Source of the DNA: Eledone cirrhosa
Lineage: Eukaryota
Assembly (NCBI GenBank): GCA_964016885.1
Contig: OZ024742.1
Span: forward strand, 184,512,001-184,576,000
DNA length: 64,000 nucleotides
Reading direction: 5' to 3'
The notes under the pieces were generated by a model. It was given only the letters and a program-made list of their open reading frames with translations. It was not told where the DNA came from and searched no databases. Of the stretch, positions 1-11,169 are shown piece by piece; the first letter of the stretch is position 1; each line of letters starts with the position of its first letter. Made by a program: the position numbers and the translations under genes.

Positions 1-250
1 TTACCACATGTTGATGGTCAGTTGGTCACAACTCCCAGACTGGAGTGTGTAGAGAAGAACAGAAATCTTCTCTTGGTAAGGTTCAAGTGTTTCTTTAGGC
101 TGCCGGTGCAGGAAGTGAGACAGGAGTCATCTCTTGACAAGGTCTGAGGTGTTCTTCTTGTTGCGGCAAAGGAAGTGAGAGAGATGCCTTGATTGTCCTC
201 AAATATATAGTCCTCCAGGGGGACGCAACTCCATTTAGTACATGGATCTA

Positions 251-352
251 CCACTGGGAGTCATGACCGTCACAAAGGGACGCAACTCCTATACGTATCT
301 GCCACTGGGAGTTGCGACCGTCGCAAAGGGGCGCAACTCCTGTACGTGCTGA
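251..352. repeat. Two diverged tandem copies of a 51-bp GC-rich unit with an internal hairpin
   Basis: CCACTGGGAGTCATGACCGTCACAAAGGGACGCAACTCC at 251 and CCACTGGGAGTTGCGACCGTCGCAAAGGGGCGCAACTCC at 302. Copy 2 has inverted arms GGAGTTGCG/CGCAACTCC. Confidence 0.7.
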
Positions 353-372
353 GTTACAGCCGTAAGGGGCCG

Positions 373-575
373 CTACAGAGACATCAGGGCAACAAGAAGC
401 TGACCATCGATCCCACACTCCTGGAGAATTTTCCACAGCAGCTCCTGTGGAACGCGGTCATATGCCTTTTGAAGGTCTACAAAGCAAGGATACACCTCTT
501 GGCAGTACTCTTTTGATTTCTCAAAGACCTGCTGCAGTATGAATATTTGGTTGGCTGTGCTGCATCCAGGGCAAA
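373..575 (-). pseudogene. Non-LTR retrotransposon reverse transcriptase fragment (RTE-like)
   Basis: ORF 373..720 contains STANQIFILQQVFEKSKEYCQEVYPCFVDLQKAYDRVPQELLWKIL, a typical LINE RT segment including FVDLxKAYD. It is truncated on both sides. Confidence 0.85.
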
Positions 576-1955
576 TTGATGATATGTATTGGTTGTAGAT
601 AATTGCAATAGGTAACCAATTTGTACATCTGTTGGAAAGCGAATGTGTTTTATCCAGGGCGAAAGTGATTTCCCTGATCACATTGCTAGGTTTATGGAAG
701 AACAACGAAAACACCTGCATTTATATGAGATTTATTGTGGAGTATTTCATGACGGAAACACATGATTTAACATTTTGTTATAGCCAAAAGACATGAACAA
801 CAATCAATGAGGAAAGAATTTGTGTCACACAAGGAATGTGTGTGAGATATGTTTGGGTAGGATGAATGTATGTGTGCAGTGATAAAGGTAACTTGCCTTA
901 CAGAAGTGGCTGGCTGCTATTTCTTGTGGTCCCGCCAACAGGCAGAGCCGAGAAATGTTGCTTGTGACTACATGGCTCTGGTACCTTGGTTCAACTGTGT
1001 TATCTAGAAAATGAGTGTGTGTATTAATGTGTTGTCTCTAGGGTTTTGATGTATGGCAGATGATCTGCCAATGTCGAAAAGAAAACAGACTCTCTGTCTC
1101 CAACCAACAGAAATGTCATAGGTAAGGTGTGTTGAAGAAAGACAAGGAACACACGAAGTTTAAAACAATACTGCTAAGATATGCCATAGAATATACATCT
1201 ATGTGTATTCTATGGCATATTCAAAATAAATAGATGTACATTTTCAAATATTTGTGCATTTATAAAATTTCTTTACATATATGTTTGTTAACTTTACATC
1301 ACTTTATTAAATTTGAAATTTGTATAACACTTTGAACAATAATGATAAATAACGGAATACCTTTCAACATAAACTTACATATAACTCAATAAGAACACTG
1401 TAGTGTTTCATGTGATCAACTTTTTTATAAAATAAAATTGCCTCTTTGCCATTTGCTCATAGCCAGATTTTTCGGAAAAGATGGGCTTACACTGATTCTT
1501 TGAGCAGGAAAATCATTAAGAACTTGAAAAAGTGTTATTAAAACGTCCTGACATATAAATGTAATTAATATTATGAATAACATTACAACTACGTTTTAAA
1601 AACACACAAGCAGGTAATACATACATCTAGGGCTACAAACAGCAAAAGGCAAGCAAGATTGATGGACAAACGAACTGCTGCTAGAACAAAAGATAACTTA
1701 TTTCGCAAGATCCAACTTGAATGTCCTGTCGAATTATGCGGCTGTTTTTCTAGTTTTGTGAAAAACTGACATTATCTTGTCAAATTTTTATCTTATTTCT
1801 ACATAAATTGACAAAAAAAAGCAGCTATTGAAAATCAGCTATCCTGTAAAATCAAAGAAAAATAGTTTGATTATTAAGCAATTGGTTGGCAGAATGTTTA
1901 GGAAGGTAAACAAAATATCAGATTGTAATTAATTGTACTTAAAACCATAGCAAAT

Positions 1956-2020
1956 TTGACTTTGCCTTCACCCACCTGGGGTAATAAATTAAGTACTAGA
2001 TATGTACTGAGAGGTCAATT
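1956..2020 (+). mobile_element. Short decayed SINE 3'-region remnant
   Basis: TTGACTTTGCCTTCACCC...GGGGTAATAAATTAAGTACTAG...GTACTGAGAGGTCAAT resembles a common cephalopod SINE tail as recalled; not verified by search. Confidence 0.4.
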
Positions 2021-2078
2021 AAAAAACACAACACCTCTTCACAATTATATAGTCAATTCTACTTTTTATTAATTTAAC

Positions 2079-4012
2079 GTCAGATTGATTGGTAAGCACA
2101 CAAAAAAACAACAAAAAACAGGAGGAGAATTTGTCACATTAATGTCAATACCATGGTGTGATGTAAACAGTAGGAGTAGGTGTTCTGCAATAAATTTACC
2201 ATAATATGATGTAGTATAGTGTAGTTTGGTATGGTGTGGTTTGGGGTAGTTTAATGTGCTTTGTTATAATGTGTTTGCCTATAAAGTGAGGACTTTAATT
2301 TCCACTTTGATTTAAGTCAGGAAATTTTTTTTGTTTCAGTTTTCCATGTGCTATCAACTAATCCAACCTGCAAGATGCTTGCAGTCGACTATGCTTTTAG
2401 CATATTAACAACAAATATGACTTACACTGCAATCAAAAACGACTAGCTATGTGAATGGTCTTTCCACCCACTTTCCGCTCTCTCTTTTCTACAAAGTTAA
2501 TCATTTTCGACAGTTTTCAAAATCATATTCATTGATAATATGTGCAAAAAATAGTCAATTGGGAGCACCATTCGTGTCAGATTGGGTGGTAAGCACGCAC
2601 ACACAAAAATAGAAAGTAACAGGAAGAAAATCTTTCAATACTATGGTGTGATGTAGTATGGTGTTGTTTGGTTTAGTTTAATGTGGTGTGGTCTGCTTTG
2701 TTAAAATGTGTTTCCCTATAACGTAAGAACTTTAATTTCCACTTTGAATTAAGTCAGAAAATAATTTTTTCCTTCAGTTTTCCATGTGCTATCAACTAAT
2801 CCAGCCTCCAAGATGCTCGAAGTCAACAATCTTTTTAGCGTATTAACAACAAATATGACTTCCACTGCAATCAAAAGTGACTAGCGTTGTAAATGGTATT
2901 TCTTTAACGAAAGGTATAATGAATATTTAGATGGTTATATGGGGTTATTTGTTATGATTATAACAAGAATAATAGGTGTAAATGTATAATAGGAATATAA
3001 AGAATATAAGAATAAATGATTTGGTTATATATAGTTTACTTCACGTGAATTAAAAGGTACAATAAACAAGTTACCATAAGTTGCAAAGATTGACAATATT
3101 ATTTTGTTGTTGATGTGTAGGCTGTTGTTGTTGGTGTTAAAACAGCGAGTTACAGATAATTGTTGTTGTTGTTGGAATTCGTGGTAATAGTTGTTAGACT
3201 GTGTTAGAGTATGGTATGTATAGCTCTGAATGGTCTGTAGTAACTGAGAAATAATGTGAACTGAATCTTCCACATTTGTGTTCTGTATAGCAGGGTTCCA
3301 ATCGCTGTGTGTATCTGTAGACTTCATGGGGTCTGTTGAATAGTGGTGAATCTTTACATAGCGTGTTCTGTAGTAGGGTGCTCCGATGACTCTGGCTGTA
3401 GACCACTGGAGGTCTATTTATAGCAGTAAATCCTTACATATTTAGTTGTATATCCTATCGCTTCGATGTCTCCGTGTGGAATGGCTTGTACATGGTTTGT
3501 ATATAGCTGTCACTTCCTGTCCCCCCAACCTGAACTTGTTAACACAATAAATGTTGGACCTAAAATTTAACCTTTAGGTATCACCCAAAGTTCAAGGCGC
3601 GGACAGCTTTCGCTACTTTTCCACCCACAATCCTCCCTCTTTTTTCTACAAAGCTAGTCATTTTTGACAGGTTTCCATGTCAAAATCATTGATATGTGCA
3701 AAAAATAGTCATTTACAAGTACCTTTAATGTCTGATTGGGTGGTAAGCACACACAAAAAAAAAAACAGGAAGAAATGTTTTCACACTGGGATCAATAGCA
3801 TGGTGTGATGTAGTATGGTTTGGTTTGGTTTGGTGTAGTGTGGTTTGGTTTAGTTTGGTGTAGTTATAACATGGAAACCTATTGTAAATTTACCGGGGTA
3901 TGATATAATCTGGTTTAGAATAGGTTAATGTGGTTTAGTGTGCTGTGTTATCGTGTTGTGTGGTACAGTATGATTCTTTTTAGATTATAATGTAATGCCT
4001 ATCTTCTATAAC
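2079..4012. repeat. Three diverged copies of a ~0.4-0.5 kb local repeat (about 2079-2460, 2461-2900, 3618-4012)
   Basis: GTCAGATTG..TGGTAAGCAC and CATGGTGTGATGTA-like blocks occur in all three copies. CTTTAATTTCCACTTTGA and CAGTTTTCCATGTGCTATCAACTAATCCA occur in copies 1 and 2. TTTCCACCCAC..TTTTCTACAAAG occurs in copies 2 and 3. Confidence 0.8.
3255..3480. repeat. Degenerate ~82-bp tandem repeat, about 3 copies
   Basis: GAATCTTCCACATTTGTGTTCTGTA (~3264), GAATCTTTACATAGCGTGTTCTGTA (~3348), AAATCCTTACATATTTAGTTGTA (~3429). Confidence 0.45.
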
Positions 4013-6617
4013 GTGCTCTAGGTAATGAGGGGGCCAAAGCCGTTGGCTGGGCCCGCGTGACAGAAGCTAAGAGTGGAAATCGATCCACCATCCGGTCGTT
4101 GCAAGACGAAGATGGACGGGTGATCCGGGAGCCTAAGCAGATGTGCGAGGCCTTTCAAAGGCACTTTGCCCGATTGTTCGGGGGAGGCGAGGGTCCGGGC
4201 GGGGGCGTGGATTTCGGTCCATACCTCGACGGCCTACCGCGTCTCTCGAGCGAAGAGGCAGAGTCCTGCGAGGGACCAATCTCGGCTGATGAGATCGGAG
4301 ATGCGCTGAGCCAATGCAGCAGACGCAAATCTCCAGGTCTCGATGGTATACCTTACGAACTTTATTTAGCAATGCCGGTCTTCTTCTCCGAACTCCTCGA
4401 AGCGGTCTACTGCAATTGGCAGCAGAACGGGAGAATTCCTTGTTCTGTAGCCAAGGGCGTAGTCACGCTGGTGAGGAAGGACGAGAACAAGGGAGATAGT
4501 ATAAATAATTTTCGGCCCATAACCCTGCTAAACACAGAGTTAAAGATTTTGGCCAAGGTGTTAGCAAAGAGGTTGGCGCTTGTCGTGGGTGGCCTGGTGG
4601 GAGATGCGCAGACATGTGCTATCCCATCCAGGTCCATTCACGATAACCTCCACCTCATGCGATACATCATAGAGAGGGTTGGCAACAAACCCGGCTTCGG
4701 TGGGGCCCTGATCAACTTGGATCAGTCTAAGGCCTTCGATAGGGTCGACCATGGTTACCTGGATGCGGTGCTAGCGGCGGCTGGGTTCGGTCCTGTTTTC
4801 AGAGGCTGGATCACTGCCTTACATAGCAACCACATCTGTTCTAGGATCAAGGTGAACGGCTACCTTTCGAAGCCGTTCGAAATCACACGATCCATTCGAC
4901 AGGGGGTGCCCTCTCTCCTCCCTTCTGTACGTATTGACTCTCGAGCCTTTACTGAGGAAGTTGGAGTTGTTGCAGGGTATCCCCCTGGAACCAGGATTGA
5001 GCAAAGCGGTGTCGGCCTACGCCGATGACGTAACAGTAATGGTATCGACCGACTCGGAGATCGAGGCGATCGGTACCTTACTGGAGGAGTACGAAAGGTT
5101 GTCAGGAGCGAAACTGAACCGGGAAAAATCCATCGGGCTGCAACTCGGAACGTGGAGAGGCAGACCGATGCCTCCTGACGGTGTCGTCGGACACTGGACG
5201 GAGGGCCCGGTAAAGTTGCTTGGGGTCTGGTTTGGACCAGACCTCCAGGTGGAAAAGAACTGGAACGAGGTTACGAACAAGGTGTTTGCACTAACCCAGA
5301 AATGGGCCAAGTGTAAGCTGTCCCTAAAAGGCCGGGCGGAGGTGGCGAACATTTACATAGCGTCTGTCACTTACTACCGCCTGACTGTCGTGCCTTGCCC
5401 TAAGGAAACACTCACCACCATGGAACGCATGCTCTTCCAATTTCTTTGGAAGAAGCGTCCTCCTATGGTGAGAAGATCCATCTGCTGCCAACAACCTTCG
5501 AAAGGAGGGCTGGGGATGCCGTGGTTGATGATGCGTAGGCACGCATTAAGGCTACGGCACCTACAAGTATTCCTCACTGGTCAACCGGTGTGGGCTCCGT
5601 TCGTGAAACGAGCCTTTCCGAGACTCGTCTCGCTCACCGAGCTACAGTCCTGGGTCAAGCAAAGATCCGGAAAACTGGGAGACTGGCACACTGAGTGTGC
5701 TCAGGCGCTCAGGGCTCTCTGGCAAGCGGGCCAGGCCATCGGTGGAGAATCCACCTCATCATTCTATAGAGGGCTGGTGGTTAGCAGGGGCGATGACACC
5801 CTTGGAGAGTCGCTGGACATGGAAGAAGACGAACTGGCCAGCCTGTTCGGTAGGACTTTCGGCCCAGGACCAATGGACAACTTCCAGAAGTCACTGGCCT
5901 GGCAGTGCTACCGGGGGGCTCTACCTGTTCGAGAGAGGCTCTACAGACACGGGCGCCCGGGCAGGGATCCCTCAAAAAAGATTTGCCCTAGATGCGTGCG
6001 TCACGAATAAACCGTTGCGCACGCATTGGTGCAATGTCCGGGCGTGGCTGATCTGTGGGGCTACGCCGAACGACTGCTGTCGCGGGTGGCGCCGATTAAA
6101 TTGACCGCCGAGTCCGTGATGACAATCAAACCGCCTCCCCTCTTCACAAAGGAAGCAAAGGCGGTTTTTCTGTGCGTAATAGCCATGTTGAAAGAGGTTG
6201 TTTGGTGGACACGATTGAAAGGTCTGAGGTCAGGCAACTTCCTCTCTGGCCATAGTCTGGTCTACTTCTTCCGATATCACTTCGGAAGAAGGATAAGAAT
6301 GGAAAGAGAGGTGCTTGGCCACAGGCAGTTTTATGAAAGGTGGGTGATAGTGGCGAGAATGGCTCGTGTAAATGAGCCTTCTCTGTATACCATCCTGTAG
6401 GTAAAGAAGTAAAGGAGAGGGGAGCACCTTCTCCATGTGCTCCCCGGGCAAAGGATTGCACACTTTTTCGGGGGTGTGTGCAACCCCCATCACGTCCCCT
6501 CCCTTTTGAGGTTATTCTCGATTATTTTCATGTTACACCCTTTTTACTCGATTATATGTAAACTCCCCCTTTGTATTTGTCCCTTCTTTTTATGCCTTTA
6601 TGGTAAATAAAGAAATA
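4013..6617 (+). mobile_element. 5'-truncated Tx1-like (L1 superfamily) LINE with 13-bp target-site duplication
   Basis: TATCTTCTATAAC at both 4000-4012 and 6618-6630. There is an abrupt GC increase inside the element and AATAAA at 6606-6611. ORF2 is described below. Confidence 0.92.
4057..6400 (+). pseudogene. Tx1/L1-type ORF2 (RT plus C-terminal zinc knuckle); endonuclease missing; one frameshift and one stop
   Basis: Motifs KSPGLDG, NFRPITLLNTELKILAK, LDQSKAFDRVDH, YADD (5018-5029), KLLGV, GGLGMP and CPRC..E*TVAH...C. Removing one G from the G5 run at 4902-4906 restores RQGCPLS. TAA at 6008-6010 lies within the knuckle. Confidence 0.92.
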
Positions 6618-6674
6618 TATCTTCTATAACTTAAAGAGTGACCAAGATGATTGCAATCGACTTTTTTCCCTGGA

Positions 6675-7797
6675 TTAGTGATAGATTTAGGGTTAGTGTT
6701 AGGGTAAGTTTTACTGTTAATGATAAGTTTACTGTTAGTGACTGCGTTACTGTTAGTATTATTGTTAGCATTACTGTTACTGATAGTGTTACTGTAACTG
6801 TTACTCTTAGAGTTACTGTTAGTGTAACTGTTTGTGTCAGCATTAGAATTTGCATAAACGTCTATGTAAGCTTTTGTGTTAGTGTCTATGTAGAGTTTGT
6901 CTTAGCATCTGGGTTAGTGTTTGCATTAGCCTTAGGGTTTGCGTTAGTGTCAGCATTTGTGATAGCGATAGCGATTGTTAGTTTTAGTGTTAGTGTTCAA
7001 GTTAATGTTAGTTTTAGTTTTAATGTTCAGGTTAGTGTTAGAGATTGTGTTTATGTTTGTTTTTGTGTTAATATTCGTGTTAGTGTTAGTGTTTGTGTTA
7101 GTATTTCTGTTAGCGTTAGTGTTTGTGTTAGTGTTCAGGTTAATGTTAGTTTTAGTTTTAATGTTCAGGTTAGTGTTAGAGATTGTCTTAGTGTTTGTTT
7201 TTGTGCTAATATTTGTGTTAGTGTTCAGGTTAATATTAGTTTTAATGTTAGTGTTCAGGTTAGTGTTAGTGTTAGAGATTGTGTTAGTATTTGTTTTTAT
7301 GTTAATATTTGTGTTAGTTTTAGTGTTTGTGTTTGTATTTCTGTTAGTGTTGATGCTTGTGTTAGTTTTAGTGTTAGTGTTAGAGATTGTATTAGTGTTA
7401 GTCTTGTTTTTGTGTTAATGTTAGTATTTCTGTTAGCGTTAGTGTTTATGTTAGTGTTTGTTTTAGTGTTCAGGTTAATGTTAGCTTAGTTTTCTAGTTA
7501 GTGTTAGTTTTCAGGTTAATGTTAGTTTTAGTGTTAGTGTTAGTGTTAGAGATTGTATTAGTGTTAGGGATTGTGTTTCTGTTAGTGTTAGTGTTTGTGT
7601 TTGTATTTCTGTTAGCGTTAGTTTTTCAGGTTAGTGTTAGTACTTGTGTTAGTGTAACTGTTTATTGTAGTGTTAGTTTAAGTGCTAGTTTTCAGGTTAG
7701 TGTTAGTTTTCTAAATGTTAGTTTTAGAGATAGTGTTCAGGTTAGTGTTTGTGTTAGTTTTCAAATTAGTGTTTGTGTTAGTATTCATGTTAGTGTT
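6675..7797 (+). repeat. Degenerate hexamer tract (GTTAGT)n-like, related to telomeric GTTAGG
   Basis: The 6-bp register is kept for >1.1 kb (GTTAGT, TTTAGT, GTTAAT, GTTCAG). TTAGGG instances occur near 6687-6703, 6932 and 7563. Internal sub-blocks such as GTTCAGGTTAGTGTTAGAGATTGT are repeated. Confidence 0.85.
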
Positions 7798-9816
7798 TAA
7801 AAGGTTGCTTTGGCGTGCCTTTTATTTCGATAATCCGCGTAAAGCAGACAACAAACAGGATAAATTTGGGTTTCAAACCTATAATAACCCCCCGTGTAAC
7901 CCAGCATTGCTACCCTTCGAAAATGATGTCTTGGAACTCATACGGAGTATCAAATTTCGGAATAGGAGCAATTCCTTCCAGCAGGACCTGAAGAATAGAA
8001 TTCGTTCTATTAAGGATTCTAATGCCATGCACGTCCATTCCGACAAAACTGGCAACCTATATCAAGTGGAGCGCAGTACTTACCATCAACTACTACATAA
8101 TGCTGTAACTAAGGATTACCGTAAAACTAATCGGTGCGTCATCAATGAAATCAACGATGCTGGGTTTAAAATCACCTCTGATCTCAACATCCTGGACCGG
8201 ACCGAACCTCTGGACCCTATTCTCCCCACTTTACCCTGAAGGATCACAAATCCAATTTTCCGAACAACCCCTCTATTCGGCTTATTAACCTTACGAAGTC
8301 CGATTTAGGTAGACTTAGTAAAACGATTCTTGATAGAATTATACCTGAAATTAGAAGTTTGGCCCCTCTTGCACTGTGGAACAATTCTTTCGCGGTGATT
8401 GATTGGTTCAACGGCATATGCAACAAGGAACATTGCCGTTTTATCCAATTCGACATCAACAATTACTATTCCTCCATCACTTTACCACTTCTCCTTAGAG
8501 CTATCAATTTCGCTAAAACACTCACAGTGGTTAAGGATTTCGAAGTTGATGTCATCCTCAATGCCCGTAAGTTGGTGATTAATTTCGACGACTCTATTTG
8601 GATTAAAAAATCCAATAGTACCCCATTCGACGTGAGTATGGGCGCCAGCGATTCTGCGGAGGTTACTGATCTTATCGGCCTTTTCCTTCTTTTCTCTATC
8701 AAGGACGAATTCCCCAACGCGAGCGGCGGTTTGTACCGTGATGATGGTCTTTTGACCATGACTAAGTGCGGACCTCGTGCTTGCGACAGGTTCAGAAAAG
8801 AACTCACAGCCTTCTTTAAAGGCTTCAACCTCTCTATACAGGTTGAGGCCAATCTCTCGATCGTTAATTACCTCGACGTTACCCTCAATTTATCGAATGG
8901 GTTGTATTACCCGTATAGAAAGCCGAGTGATACGCTTAATTACATAAGTAAGCATTCCAACCATCCTGCCAGCATAACCAAGAACCTGGTAAGAAACGTT
9001 TCGTTGAGGCTTTCCCGTCTATCTACTAACGAGCATATTTTCAACGACCATTCCACCTATTACAATGAAGCTCTTGCTCGGAGTGGATTTGTCGATAAGG
9101 TAGCATATACAGAGTACGAAAATAGACCTAGAAGAAATAGATCCCGTCGCATTTGTTGGTATAACCCACCATATAATATGGAGGTGGCCACACCATTAGC
9201 TAAGATCTTTCTTTCCCTTATTACGAAGCATTTTCCCCTACAATAAAATATAGTAACATTTTTAATAGAAATACTATTAAAATTTCTTACTCTATGACTC
9301 CTAACCTTGCACATAACATCACAGCTTCAAATTTAGCTAAACTACCTAGCCGTAGGAACACGTGCAACCTGTAGTTAGTACTAACTGTAATTGTAGGAAT
9401 CGGGTTGATTGCCCCCTATCCGGGAAATGCCTCTCTAGTAACATTGTCTACAAATGTAAGGTTGAAACACCCACGTCCCGTAGGGCCTACATAGGGTTAA
9501 CCGCCAATAGATTCAAGCAGCGTCTTTACATGCATACCCATTCTTTTCGTCACCCTCTAAGAAGGAATATGACGTCACTTTCAGCTTATATCTGGAGTCT
9601 AAAAGATAAACACACCCAATATAGTTACACTGGGAGATCCTAGCTAGGGCTAGATCGTATAACGGAAATAAAAGACCATGTGACCTCTGCGCCGCTGAGG
9701 CCCTGGAAATACTCTACGCCACAGACTACATCTTAAACAAAAAATCTTAGGCAATTTCGGCTTGTAAACATAAATTACACAAAACTTTCCTGTATACGTT
9801 ATACGTTATACCCTAA
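7797..9816 (+). pseudogene. Penelope-like RT/GIY-YIG polyprotein with several frameshifts and a stop
   Basis: N-terminal part: KRLLWRAFYF, HSDKTGNLY, LKDHK..RLIN. RT: QFDINNYYSSI, MGASDSAEVTDLIG, YRDD (8734-8745), NYLDVTLNL, SNHP, WYNPPY. Endonuclease: CNCRNRVDCPLSGKC, IVY..YIG (9488-9496), FKQR, CDLC..E, LNKKS*..CKH. Frameshifts lie near 8235, 9240, 9310-9360 and 9630; TAG at 9748-9750. Confidence 0.9.
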
Positions 9817-10399
9817 CGGATAGTACGATCTATACGTGGATATTTTACGTCTTGATGTGGTAGCTAAGTATATGTTTTGTTTATACCATTACTTATTTGC
9901 ATAGGTAAGTATATATTACCTGTATCTTTTGTGAGGGTACGTATACTTTCTCGTACGTATATTTGATTGTATATGTTATGGCGTATAATTTTATATATTC
10001 TGGTACATATGGTTTGGTTATGTGTATACGGGAGTTTTGCGTCCGCGTGAGTATGCAGGTTCGTACGTATGTAGGGTGTGTGTATATGTGTACTTCATGT
10101 TTTAGTTGACGTACGTCTCCGAACATTTGTGTATTTACATGTAGGTATGTGTGTGCGCTTGTTATATACGTATTTATTTATTTATATACGTTTATTTAAT
10201 TATTTATTTATTTGTATACACACACACACACACATATTTATATGTGCGTGGTTTTGTATACCTAAGATAAGTGTTTTCGCGTATGATTGTGTATGTACGT
10301 ATTTGCATGCGTGTATGTATTTATTTAATCTCTATTACCTCTGTATTGTATTTTATTTACTTTATTCTTAACTCTGAACTCGGTTTCCTAATTAGAATT

Positions 10400-10660
10400 T
10401 TAGTCTATGACTTCAGCTATACCATTTACGTGGTTTTGTCTTTGCGTGCAATTGTTCTCCACGTTCCACATATGACGTATTATCTTCGTTTTTTCCGTTC
10501 ATTGCCAGAGAACGTCTCCATGAACCACCTAAGAGAATATTAGTCTACGACTTCTTTTATACCATAAACGTGGTTCTGTCTTTGCGCATAATTGTTTTTC
10601 ACCGCTCCTATTAATGATGTATTATATTCGTTTTTTCCCGTTCTTTGCCAGGGAACGTTA
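10400..10660. repeat. Diverged direct duplication, period 140 bp
   Basis: TAGTCTATGACTTC...TTGCCAGAGAACGT (from 10401) versus TAGTCTACGACTTC...TTGCCAGGGAACGT (from 10541). Confidence 0.8.
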
Positions 10661-10793
10661 CAACGAACCAAAGTATCGTCTTCCTGTCTTCCTCCGGTTG
10701 CAACGTTTTTTGAAATATCCACTTCTGCGTTCAGAAAATCCCGTTAAGGGTGAAAGCAGCGATTCTTTGCTTAAACTTTAATCTGTTATTTTA

Positions 10794-10798
<5 letters not shown>

Positions 10799-10830
<32 letters not shown>
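10799..10830. repeat. (TA)n microsatellite, left flank of the palindromic element
   Basis: Direct reading. Confidence 0.95.
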
Positions 10831-10834
<4 letters not shown>

Positions 10835-11124
10835 CAAATAACGAAACGAAATTAAATTTCGTTTCGTTTGTAACTCACTTTTGTATGACTGACGCTTAAA
10901 CAATTAAGTTAAAAATGTACATCTACATATGCATACTGAAATACTAGTGTGTATATGAATACACACACGTATACATATGTAGGTGTACCAAGTCTTTCAC
11001 TGGTCGCTTTACAGTGAGCGGCCCAGCTATTCTGTATGTAAACACACAGACAAACCGGGTTTTAGAGTCATACTGGTTTTTCGGGGGAACACCTTCCCCC
11101 TATTCTCCAGAAAGCCAGACAAGG

Positions 11125-11169
11125 AATATTGAACTAGTTTCGTTGTTGTTACAACTCATCAGCAATATT
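11125..11169 (-). ncRNA. Minimal type I hammerhead ribozyme (left arm)
   Basis: The reverse complement reads AATATTG-CTGATGA-GTTGT(AACA)ACAAC-GAA-AC(TA)GT-T-CAATATT. Stem I extends imperfectly over 11102-11197. Confidence 0.88.

Larger units (their letters stand above)
7797..10798 (+). mobile_element. 5'-truncated Penelope-like retroelement (RT + GIY-YIG), probably Naiad-type, with ~1 kb 3' non-coding region ending at (TA)n
   Basis: The coding region is described below. The 3' region ends TTTTAATAAATATATA. The clade call is inferred from GLYRDDGL, the CxC-x5-C-x5-C linker and the terminal CKH. The 3' boundary is uncertain. Confidence 0.82.

Noticed and set aside
4895-4935. Programmed ribosomal frameshift in the Tx1 ORF2
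   Set aside because: A single extra G in a homopolymer within a conserved RT motif is better explained by mutation or sequencing error.
6631-7800. Long hydrophobic V/S/L-rich ORFs resembling membrane proteins
   Set aside because: These are translations of the GTTAGT hexamer tract.
7700-7830. Telomerase-capped 5'-truncated PLE of the Athena/Coprina type
   Set aside because: This element has a GIY-YIG endonuclease. The upstream tract is G-strand-like on the sense strand, whereas capping would put C-strand repeats there.
9362-9780. Selenocysteine recoding as described for some Naiad PLEs
   Set aside because: The conserved Cys positions use TGT/TGC. The interruptions are frameshifts and a TAG, not in-frame TGA.
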